From contig NC_068998.1 of NCBI RefSeq assembly GCF_001194135.2, positions 39,888,422-39,952,421 of the forward strand: DNA of 64,000 nt, read 5' to 3'. The notes below the pieces were generated by a model. The model did no database searches. It worked only from the letters and a program-made list of their open reading frames with translations, and was not told where the DNA came from. The stretch is from Octopus bimaculoides. Lineage: Eukaryota. Positions 54,830-64,000 of this stretch are shown here, piece after piece (the first letter of the stretch is position 1; every line of letters starts with the position of its first letter). The translations under genes and the position numbers were made by a program.

Positions 54830-55235
54830 ATTCACTACCATCACATAGCCATAGTGCCAGGACCAACCTCCACCTTAGTCACCATCCGTTACTGTCCAGA
54901 TGACCATCATCTACCTTTACTTTGGCTGACATCCACTACCATCATATATCCATACCACCATCACCGACCCCGACTCGAGCTATCAACCACTATCATCATT
55001 TACATACCCATATCATTTGACCTATCTCTAATTAAATTATTGCTCACTACCATTACATGTCCATGCTGTCATCACCACCTACCTCTATCCAAGCTTCTAT
55101 CTACTACCATTACATGACCATACCAAAATGACCTACCTCAGCTCTAGCTACCAAATACTACTATTATCACATGTTCATACCACTAAAACCCATCTCAACT
55201 GTAGTTACCACCCACCACCATCGCCTGTCCATACC
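54830..55235. repeat. Degenerate minisatellite, period about 55-57 bp, about 8 units
   Basis: The core cactaccat(c/t)acatgtccatacc recurs near 54833, 54934, 54988, 55045, 55101, 55157 and 55212. Confidence 0.7.
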
Positions 55236-55480
55236 ACTGACTTATAAGGTGACAACTTCACTTTCAAGAAATGTATTTTAGATGACAGCAAACCAACAGC
55301 CATCTCTCCATCAAAACCTTACCACTGAATGAGATCAGCATTTCAAGTCAACAAAACAGTAATTAGACATCTTCTCATTGAAACTACAGGTTGTGAAATA
55401 AATCACAGATCAAAAGTGCAAAGTGAATTATGTGGTACAACAAATATTACTTTGATATATATATATATATATATATATAT

Positions 55481-55719
55481 CGTTGCCAGTACCGGGCCGT
55501 TGCCAGTACCGCCTGACTGGCCTTCGTGCGGGTGACACATAAAAGCACCCACTACACTCTCTGAGTGGTTGGCGTTAGGAAGGGCATCCAGCTGTAGAAA
55601 CTCTGCCAAATTAGATTGGAGCCTGGTGTTGCCATCCGGTTTCACCAGTCCTCAGTCAAATCGTCCAACCCATGCTAACATGGAAAGCGGACGTTAAACG
55701 ATGATGATGGTGGTGATGA

Positions 55720-55722
<3 letters not shown>
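55481..55722 (+). mobile_element. Retroposon family A copy inserted into a (TA)n tract
   Basis: Same core and tail, with (TA)n on both sides and a short 5' duplication of cgttgccagtaccg. Confidence 0.9.

Positions 55723-55804
<82 letters not shown>
55722..55804. repeat. (TA)n microsatellite
   Basis: Directly visible. Confidence 0.97.
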
Positions 55805-55808
<4 letters not shown>

Positions 55809-56276
55809 AACACACACACACACATAAAGAGAGAGAGAGAGAGAGGGCAAAATTAATTCTACTGCCCAGTAGTACCCACATAATCTGTAACTTTCTATGG
55901 TACCTATTTTCATAACAGTACTAATGAATGATGTCTCCATGCAGTATCTATTCACAGATAAACAACATCGCCCCACAGTAAGTGAACAACATCTGATAGT
56001 TATTTACAACCAAAGGTGCTGTACTGCCCCATGGTACCATCAATTCACAGCTTGTTGGATCGTGTGTTAACGTGAGTGAAATTTTCTGATGAAGAACAAT
56101 GTACAACACTAGTAATAACGAGGAAGGTGGAGTAGAGATTGCATCATAAGTAATTATGTATATATGTTTATACACAACATATGTTTATACACAACATATA
56201 GAATTACTACATAAACATACATACACATGTAGATATTACACACATCTTCAGACACTACAAACACATGTGATGTAGA

Positions 56277-56312
<36 letters not shown>

Positions 56313-57142
56313 ACACACATACAATACTGGTCCAATTATCTAGTAAACTTGGGATCAGAAGTGTCCCAGATTTCTGGATTTTCTGTTTTCTGGAGACAGT
56401 CTAAATATATACTTGAAATATAAAATAAACTATGAAAAGTAAAGAGCTAAATTGTATTTAACAAATTCAAATTAATACACTTCTAAAGTCGGGTCTATTT
56501 GATAGTTATTAATCCACTAAAAATATATCATATTGTATCATGTATACAGTGTAATATTTATAGGATAAACATAAAACGAGGAAAAGTAAAGAACATCATT
56601 TTATTTAACAGATAGAGGGACAAATTAATACTCTTCTAAAGCAGAGTATAATTAATCTTTATCAATCCACTTAAAAAAGAAAAGAACAAAGCTATTTTTA
56701 ATACACCATATGCAAATTAACCAACTTCAAAAACAGAGTTTGTTTACTCAATACAGGGTGTGGTATATTGTATGGATATTGGATAAGCGATCCAGTACTA
56801 TATAATATAAATTCAGAAATAGGATAAAATCGTTATAAGAATTTATCAAGTAGTCAGCATGAAAAAACTTCATAAGGGAAAAATTTTTAATTATTCCCTT
56901 TAAATATATAATATAATAAATAAACAAATAAATATATATATATATATATTTAATTATATGTATTTATTCTATCTTAATAAATAATAATTCTGATAGAATA
57001 AATGGGTTAATAGAAACCAAGGTAGCAAAGATCACAAAATAACTGTGGTGTAATTCCTGTTGGTGAGGCAGAAACTCCTTGATATTTTGGGTATTTGAGT
57101 ATATTTAAAAATTTAAGGAATGGAGAAAACGCATGTTATAAC

Positions 57143-57242
57143 TGCATACTTTATTCCGACATATGTTTCAAAGAATTACAATTTATGCGATCCATAGGAA
57201 TCAGCGATGTTAAAAATGTAAACTTCTCCTCAGGGAAATGCA
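57143..57242 (-). ncRNA. Minimal type I hammerhead ribozyme (Penelope/retrozyme type)
   Basis: Minus strand reads TGCATTTCC-CTGAGGA-GAAG...CTTT-GAAAC-ATAT-GTC-GGAA-TAAAGT-ATGCA. Core CUGANGA at 57233-57227 and GAAA at 57169-57166. Stem III is 2 bp with the self-complementary ACAUAUGU. The GUC cleavage triplet puts the cut between 57158 and 57157. Stem I is UUCC/GGAA plus UGCAU/AUGCA around a 6-nt bulge; stem II is GAAG/CUUU plus UUACA/UGUAA. Folded by eye. Confidence 0.75.
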
Positions 57243-57374
57243 TGGGAATCATCCTAAACGTAAGACATTATGACCGGTCATAATGTCTTACATTTAGGAT
57301 GATTCCCATGCATTTCCTTGAGGAGAAGTTTACATTTTTAACATCGCTAATTCTTATGGATCGCATAAATTGTA
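57177..57374. repeat. 198-bp near-perfect palindrome (99-bp arms, no spacer, 4 mismatches)
   Basis: Centre tgacc|ggtca at 57275/57276. Mismatched pairs are 57197/57354, 57202/57349, 57233/57318 and 57259/57292. The right arm runs directly into an N gap. Confidence 0.95.
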
Positions 57375-58108
57375 NNNNNNNNNNNNNNNNNNNNNNNNNN
57401 NNNNNNNNNNNNNNNNNNNNNNNNNNNNNNNNNNNNNNNNNNNNNNNNNNNNNNNNNNNNNNNNNNNNNNNNNNNNNNNNNNNNNNNNNNNNNNNNNNNN
57501 NNNNNNNNNNNNNNNNNNNNNNNNNNNNNNNNNNNNNNNNNNNNNNNNNNNNNNNNNNNNNNNNNNNNNNNNNNNNNNNNNNNNNNNNNNNNNNNNNNNN
57601 NNNNNNNNNNNNNNNNNNNNNNNNNNNNNNNNNNNNNNNNNNNNNNNNNNNNNNNNNNNNNNNNNNNNNNNNNNNNNNNNNNNNNNNNNNNNNNNNNNNN
57701 NNNNNNNNNNNNNNNNNNNNNNNNNNNNNNNNNNNNNNNNNNNNNNNNNNNNNNNNNNNNNNNNNNNNNNNNNNNNNNNNNNNNNNNNNNNNNNNNNNNN
57801 NNNNNNNNNNNNNNNNNNNNNNNNNNNNNNNNNNNNNNNNNNNNNNNNNNNNNNNNNNNNNNNNNNNNNNNNNNNNNNNNNNNNNNNNNNNNNNNNNNNN
57901 NNNNNNNNNNNNNNNNNNNNNNNNNNNNNNNNNNNNNNNNNNNNNNNNNNNNNNNNNNNNNNNNNNNNNNNNNNNNNNNNNNNNNNNNNNNNNNNNNNNN
58001 NNNNNNNNNNNNNNNNNNNNNNNNNNNNNNNNNNNNNNNNNNNNNNNNNNNNNNNNNNNNNNNNNNNNNNNNNNNNNNNNNNNNNNNNNNNNNNNNNNNN
58101 NNNNNNNA
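57375..58108. other. Assembly gap (734 N)
   Basis: N run. Smaller gaps are at 2490-2681, 9592-9601 and 14448-14465. Confidence 0.99.
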
Positions 58109-58115
58109 TATATAT

Positions 58116-58310
58116 CATCATCATCATCATTTAGCATCCACTTTCCATACTGGCATGTGTTGGACGTTTTTGTAAGGAACTGGCAAGTCAGAAGACTACA
58201 CCAAATTCTGACACCTGGATCTCCTTCCTAATGCCAACCACTTCACAGAGTGTACTGGGTGCTTTTTACATGGCACCAGTAGCAGTGAGGTCACCAAGTA
58301 ACTTGCAGGA
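58116..58310 (-). mobile_element. Retroposon family A copy (older)
   Basis: catcatcatcatttagcatccactttccatactggcatg..ttcctaatgccaaccacttcacagagtgtactgggtgc. Confidence 0.8.
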
Positions 58311-59029
58311 CAAGACCCCTTAAATAGGAGTGGGGGATGGTGTAGTACTGATGGATAGAAAAGTGCATTAGAAGCAAGACATGGCTACCTCAGATGGAGA
58401 AAAAAGGAGAAAGATTGTGAACACACACACACATGTATATTTACATGGTGAGTTTTCAGTTTCTGTCTACTCACAAGGCTTCGGTCGACCCAGGAAAAGG
58501 GTAAAAGACACTTGCTCAAGGTGCAACACAGAGGGCCTGAACCAAAAACCATAAGAATGTAGACCAAATTTCTTAACCACATAGAACCTAGTTCAGCCCT
58601 CTGGCTTACCAGTTCCAGTTTAACCCATGTCAGCATGGAAAGCGGACATTAAATGATGATGATGATTCATTTTCATTGGCTATTCTCTAACGCATTTCCA
58701 AAGGTGAGTGTTTCAAGGGAGTGTCTGTGTAACTTGGAAGAAGTAAATATCATTAGGTATTTTTGTTCAAATGCACCAATTTGTCAGTTTTCTTGTCAAT
58801 GTTGATATCTATATACATACATGCAGATATAAAATGAGCTACTGCATTGTTTTTGTTTACCAAATTTCACTCACAAGGCATTGGTCATCCCTAGTGTACG
58901 ATGCAGGTATTGGGCAACAGGAGTGAACCTGGAACCATATGGCTTTCAAGTGAACTTCTTAACCACACATCTACACCTGTGATCAATAATCATAGGTCTC
59001 TTGTGTTAGGCCTGGCCTTGTGTTCAACA

Positions 59030-59990
59030 ATAACACAAAAACCCACCTACAGACATATACAATACATACAGATACACAGAACACAAACAATACACACACA
59101 CACAAAATGCATAGATATATAGTCACACACAAAAACAGATATAATACAGTCACATACATACATACAATACACACTGGCTGATATAATACACATGCAGTCA
59201 CACCACACACATACACGATATGCAGATGTAAAGTCAGTCACAATCACACAGAAATGATAAAGATACAGTCACACACATATACATGATGCACAAATGTAGA
59301 ACCATACACATACATGTTATGCACAAAATGCAGATATGATATATAATCACACACATATACAGATACTCAGTCACACATATACAGACAGAGTTATACACAG
59401 TCATACAGAAATACACATAATTCACAGACATAAAATTGAGATAAAGACAAATCCACATGGACTCACTGATACATAGAGCTACACAATAGACATATACATG
59501 CATACATACAGATAAGTAAATACAATATACATATATAATACAAAAGTGGTACACACAGCTACTAAAAGGAGATGCGCACTAACACATAGACATACACAGG
59601 ATACATACATATACATACACAGACATAGTACACACAGTAGATACTATAAACAGAGTATAACAATGGTACACACATACATTCATATACGCACAGCCAAAAA
59701 CCACATACATTCATGGTACATACACACACACACATATGTATAGATATACACAGAGTATATACAATAAAAACATACTATATAAAAATGGTACACACACATA
59801 CATATACTAACAGTAGAAACACACACACACTCTCTCCCTCTCACTCTCTCTCTCTCATAGTACATACATATACAAATATATAGCTACATACTATGGAAAC
59901 ATTAACACAGTACACACACACACACACCACATAATAGTTACAGACAGAGGCACAGACAAATACACACACACACATACAGACCGACTGACA
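59030..59990. repeat. About 1-kb degenerate (CA/TA) low-complexity tract
   Basis: Recurrent acacacatatacaga and cagtcacaca motifs; G-poor on the + strand. Confidence 0.9.
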
Positions 59991-60113
59991 GCCAGACAGA
60001 GTAATTATGTCTCTCAGTGCTGCCACCATGATGATAAGACTGACAACTTCTACAGATTCCTCTCCATCAATTAAGATCTTCAAAGTCAGAAATAATGAAA
60101 AAGATTTACTCAC

Positions 60114-60161
60114 TTCTTCAGACTCTTCTTCCTCTTTGCCTCCTTCCTCATCTTTCTCCGT
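60114..60161 (-). CDS. VPS41: VPS41 coding exon (acidic N-terminal segment, probably exon 2): TEKDEEGGKEEEESEE
   Basis: 48 nt, phase 0/0, acceptor tctgcgtttcag and donor GAA|gtgagt. The acidic peptide joins in frame to EAEPKLKYER, like the acidic N-terminus preceding EPKLKYERL in vertebrate VPS41. The assignment rests on composition and splice signals. Confidence 0.75.
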
Positions 60162-60256
60162 CTGAAACGCAGAAACGAGAAGAAATGGTTTGAAAAGATA
60201 CACAGCACAACATACTTCATGGTTAAACATGTAGTAAAGATGTTTGAACAATCAAG

Positions 60257-60462
60257 TTGCTGTTGTTGTTGTTGTTTAAGCCCCAAGTCAGCTCTGATCG
60301 AGCAGACCAGTGATCAACATTCCAGCTGTGATTATCACAATTTTTTTAGCAGGCACAGTGCAGTCAATATCACATTATCAAATGTGTTTGTATTTTCTAC
60401 GTCAGTAGAATGTAATTTGAGGAAGATTTAACTGTTATTGCTAGCAAGTCATGTAACCATAG
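60257..60462 (-). mobile_element. Old abundant interspersed repeat family D with (CAA)n tail (one example of at least 10 fragments)
   Basis: ttgttgtttaagccccaagtcagctctgatcgagcagacc..gatcaa..gtaatttgaggaagattt..ctgttatt. Related fragments lie near 300-480, 7260-7640, 31650, 38540-38780, 46200-46360, 51660-51870, 52590-52760 and 62690-63110. Confidence 0.7.
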
Positions 60463-60524
60463 AGATGTTACAAATTTATAAAAGAGGTATTGCTGTGGTT
60501 TAGCTCCGTGTCCCCCTGATTGCA

Positions 60525-60905
60525 TGGAGGTGCAATGGCCCAGTGGTTAGGGCAGCGGACTCGCGGTCATAGGATCGCGGTTTCGATTCCCAGACAGCAC
60601 ATTGTGAGTGTTTATTGAGCGAAAATACCTAAAGCTCCACGAGGCTCCGGCAGGGGATGGTGGCAAACCCTGCTGTACTCTTCCACCACAACATTCTCTC
60701 ACTCTTACTTCCTGTTTCTGTTGTGCCTGTAATTCAAAGGGTCAGCCTTGTCACACTGTGTCACACTGAATATCCCCGAGAACTACGTTAAGAGTACATG
60801 TGTCTGTGGAGTGCTCAGCCACTTGCACGTTAATTTCACGAGCAGGCTGTTCCGTTGATCGGATCAACCAGAACCTTCGACGTCGTAAGCGACGGAGTGC
60901 CAACA
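60525..60905 (+). mobile_element. Full-length tRNA-derived SINE with 12-bp target-site duplication
   Basis: The head has A-box TGGCCCAGTGG and B-box GGTTTCGATTCC. TSD cccctgattgca is at 60513-60524 and 60906-60917. Confidence 0.9.
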
Positions 60906-61516
60906 CCCCTGATTGCACTAATTTCAATCAAGGTAATTTCAGCTAAGACTTTCTACTCTTCCTTTTAAAGGCAGTGAGTTGTGTACGAGTAAAATTTGGC
61001 TGGCTGAATCACAGTAAAAGATCCTTTATTGGCCTGTACTATTGTTTGTAAATAGGTACACTATGAAGCAGGACAGTGAAGGAGAACTATTTAGATTAGC
61101 ATGTCAAAATTTATTTCATAATCCTGTTATTGTAATATCACTTAGATGCCATCCTTGTCATTATCATTTCCTAGCTACTTTTTTTATGCTGGCATGAAGC
61201 AGGGAGGACATTTTGATGCAGTATTTTAAGACTGGATGCTCTTCCTGATACCAATCCATTTAGTTACCTCTTATGACGTGCAAGGATACAGTACACCAAT
61301 TCTACAAACCAGGATACATTCATGTATACATGTATTTATATTTTAGGTAAATGGTTATAAATAAGTTTTTTACGTGATATTAAGAGGTTTGCTTCCTAAC
61401 CATATGGTTTCAGGTTTGGCTCCACTGCATGACACCTTTGGCAAGTGTCTTCTACTATAGCCCTGAGCTGACCAAAGCTTTGTGAATGGACTTTATAGAC
61501 AGAAACTCAAAGAGGC

Positions 61517-61561
<45 letters not shown>

Positions 61562-61623
61562 AGTGCATGTATGTTTGTTTCTCCTTGTCTTGACATCACG
61601 TGACAGTTGTAAACGAGTGTTAC

Positions 61624-61845
61624 TTATTTCTTTATTGCCCACAAGGGGCTAAACATAGAGGGGACAGACAAAGGGATTAAGTAAATTACATTGACTCCAG
61701 TGCGTAACTGGTAGTTAATTTATCGACCCCGTAAGGATGAAAGGCAAAGTCGACCTCGGCGGAATTTGAACTCAGAACTTGAAGGCAGACGAAATACCGC
61801 TAAGCATTTCGCCCGGCGTGCTAACGTTTCTGCCAGCTCACCGCC
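61624..61845 (-). mobile_element. SINE family B, full-length, inserted in an older repeat
   Basis: Same family as 40899-41127. gtgttac occurs on both flanks (61617-61623 and 61850-61856), a probable TSD. Confidence 0.9.
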
Positions 61846-63412
61846 TTCTGTGTTACTGTCATGCAAGCAGTGTCATTCATTTCCAAAATTCTACAAAAAC
61901 ATGTCTGGCCATGGGAAATTTTATCTTGTGCGAAAACAGGGTAAGGGCTGGTGATAGAAAGGACATCTGGCTGTGAAAAAAATCTGCCTCAATAAACATT
62001 GTCAGACCCATGCAAGCATGGGAAAGTGGACATTAATAGAATGATGAAAATGATGATACTGTAGGGAGGTTTCTACCCCCCACCCAAAGTCCATGAAGTA
62101 TTATTTATAAACCTATGGTGTGTCACTATTGACATGCATAGAATGCCATCACAAGTTTGTGGGTGAATGCTGTTGCAACAGTTTCAGAACCCCTAATTTT
62201 GTTATAATTTTCTTTATTTATTAATTCCAGGTTTCAATTTAAACTATCAAATGTTTATAGATGTTTTATTAAATCCCAACATTTGAAGGTAATATGGTTA
62301 AAAAGAGTAAAAAATAGAATTATTGGAAAGTTAAGTGTTAAAAAAATATATATATTATAAAACTGAAATAGAAAATAATATGAACATAAAAAAATATTTT
62401 AAAAAAACCCACCAAACCATAAATTTGAATAGATAAACATTTTCATTTCTTTTTAATCAAATTTCATTTGAATTTTCCACTCAAACATTATTTCATTATA
62501 TTTTAAGTTTATAAAATACATCTGGGGCTCTCAGTTTCATTATGAACTTCAAATTATGAAACAAAAAAAAAAAAAAAAGGGAAAAGAAAAGGAAACAATC
62601 ACAAAAAATTCTTTGATTTTTGGCACTGATATAGCAAATTATTATGCATAATCCCTCTCTCAAGCACCCATGATAAGCTCAAAGAAATTGTGAGCTTCTA
62701 TGCAATCATTTAACTTGCTAAGAATCACAGTGACATTTCCTCATATTACACCTTACCATTTTAAAAGAAAAAAAGATGTCACAGTGGACAATACAATCCT
62801 AGACAAATATCTCTAAAAAGACAAAAGTTCGTGACTGGAATGCTTTTGATCATAAGTCTGCACAGTTAAAGCTCACCTGGGGTTAAATAGTGACTCACAC
62901 AAATACACACTATGATAGTGTTGCTGTTTAACCTCAGGTCAGCTGTGTCTTAGCAGACACATGATCAAAGGTACTCCAGTTATTTTCAGACATAATGTTG
63001 TGAGGTTTGCATCATCCATTGATAACATTTTTTATATGCTCAGGTATATTTTAAGGGAGATTTGGTTGCTATTTCTAGCAGGCTCTGCAACCACATAGAG
63101 GCTACCTTATTGGTTTATCTGTGACACTTAAGTTGTTGGATGTGGAGACAGATAATGTATTGGAGAACAGAACAACTAATAAATATTTTGTTTATTCCAT
63201 GAGAACTGTTGAAAGATTGGTAGTTTAAAACTTTGTATTGATGCCGTCTAAAGTCATGTCAACTCTCAAACAGCACACAACACTGTGCCATGTACATGTA
63301 CAAACAATTTATCTCAGTGTATGTGAGTATATGCATGCTGTATAGACATAGTGTGTGTATCTGCAAAAGTAGTTAAAGTTGAAAAAAAAAAATTCCAAGA
63401 TAAAAGTTCCAA

Positions 63413-64000
63413 TTCATCATAGTCCTCCAGGCAATAATAGAGGAATTCAAGACAGGATGCTCCTGGGAGCTTCTATATGCTGATGACCTTGCTCTTATAG
63501 CTGAGTCACTATCTAAACTAGAGGAGAAGTTTCAGGTATGGAAGCAAGATCTAGAATCGAAGGGCCTTAGAGTCAATCTAGCAAAAACCAAAGTCTTAAT
63601 AAGTAGGAAGGCAGAAAAACCACAAATCCCTTCAGGTAGATGGCCCTGTTCGATCTGTAGAAAAGGCGTAGGTAGAAACTCCATAAGATGTACCCAGTGT
63701 AAGCTATAGACACAAAAGAGGTGCAACAATATTAAAGGAAGGCTAACTGAGAAGATAGTTTTTGTGTGTCGTAAATGCTCAGGGGCAATAAATACTGAAA
63801 ATGTGCAGGAAACAGCTTCCATCACATTCCAGGGGGAAAAATTACAAGTAGTTGATAGCTTCTGTTACCTCAGTGACCAAGTCAGTAGCGGGGGTGGATG
63901 CACTGAGAGTGCAGCTGCAAGAAGTAACAATAGTTCAGAGAGTTCCTACCACTGTAGTCAACAAAGGCCTCACACTCAGAGTAAAAGGTAGACTGTATGA
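63413..64000 (+). mobile_element. 5'-truncated RTE-clade LINE fragment (RT with YADD), running off the window end
   Basis: FIIVLQAIIEEFKTGCSWELLYADDLALIAES..KGLRVNLAKTKV..VVDSFCYLSD..GGGC. YADD is at 63476-63487, there is a premature TAG at 63707-63709, and the fragment ends RVKGRLY in a shifted frame. Confidence 0.92.

Larger units (their letters stand above)
56757..57374 (-). mobile_element. Putative Penelope-like pseudo-LTR or non-autonomous element carrying the hammerhead
   Basis: A hammerhead motif plus an inverted terminal duplication are known traits of PLE pseudo-LTRs. No ORF is visible and the left boundary is approximate. Confidence 0.45.

Noticed and set aside
54448-54831. A/V/T- or L-rich ORFs of 115-127 aa
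   Set aside because: Products of triplet low-complexity sequence with no splice or homology support.
57268-58231. Long ORFs of 254-310 aa
   Set aside because: Artefacts of translating the N gap (the same applies to 2464-2725).
60525-60595. tRNA gene
   Set aside because: A and B boxes are present but there is no complete acceptor stem; it continues into a SINE body bounded by a TSD.
60162-64000. VPS41 first (ATG) exon
   Set aside because: No ATG-containing segment with a credible donor was found; it is probably beyond the window end.
1-64000. CRISPR arrays, rRNA, operon-type systems
   Set aside because: Eukaryotic intronic DNA; no repeat-spacer arrays or rRNA-like sequence seen.

Overview
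AT-rich, microsatellite- and transposon-dense animal genomic DNA. The SINE families and composition suggest an octopus or other coleoid cephalopod; this is inferred from remembered repeat families, not tested. The only supportable host gene is VPS41 (HOPS subunit) on the minus strand, seen as four short phase-0 coding exons (60114-60161, 48239-48334, 45938-46015, 14000-14074) separated by introns of about 11.8, 2.2 and 31.9 kb. Its first exon and the exons after 14000 were not found. The introns hold remnants of RTE, RLE-type (R4/Dong-like) and Penelope-like retroelements, mariner and hAT transposase fossils, TTAA-flanked MITEs and several SINE families, including a head-to-tail array of about 9 SINE heads. 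The most interesting signal is a minimal type I hammerhead ribozyme fold with an intact core (57143-57242). It is in the sense of the VPS41 pre-mRNA and overlaps a 198-bp near-perfect palindrome whose upstream arm is antisense to the ribozyme. Two further decayed hammerhead-like motifs lie at about 44.7 kb and 26.4 kb. Most ORFs in the supplied track are microsatellite or N-gap artefacts. All alignments and folds were done by eye and none was computed; repeat boundaries are approximate.
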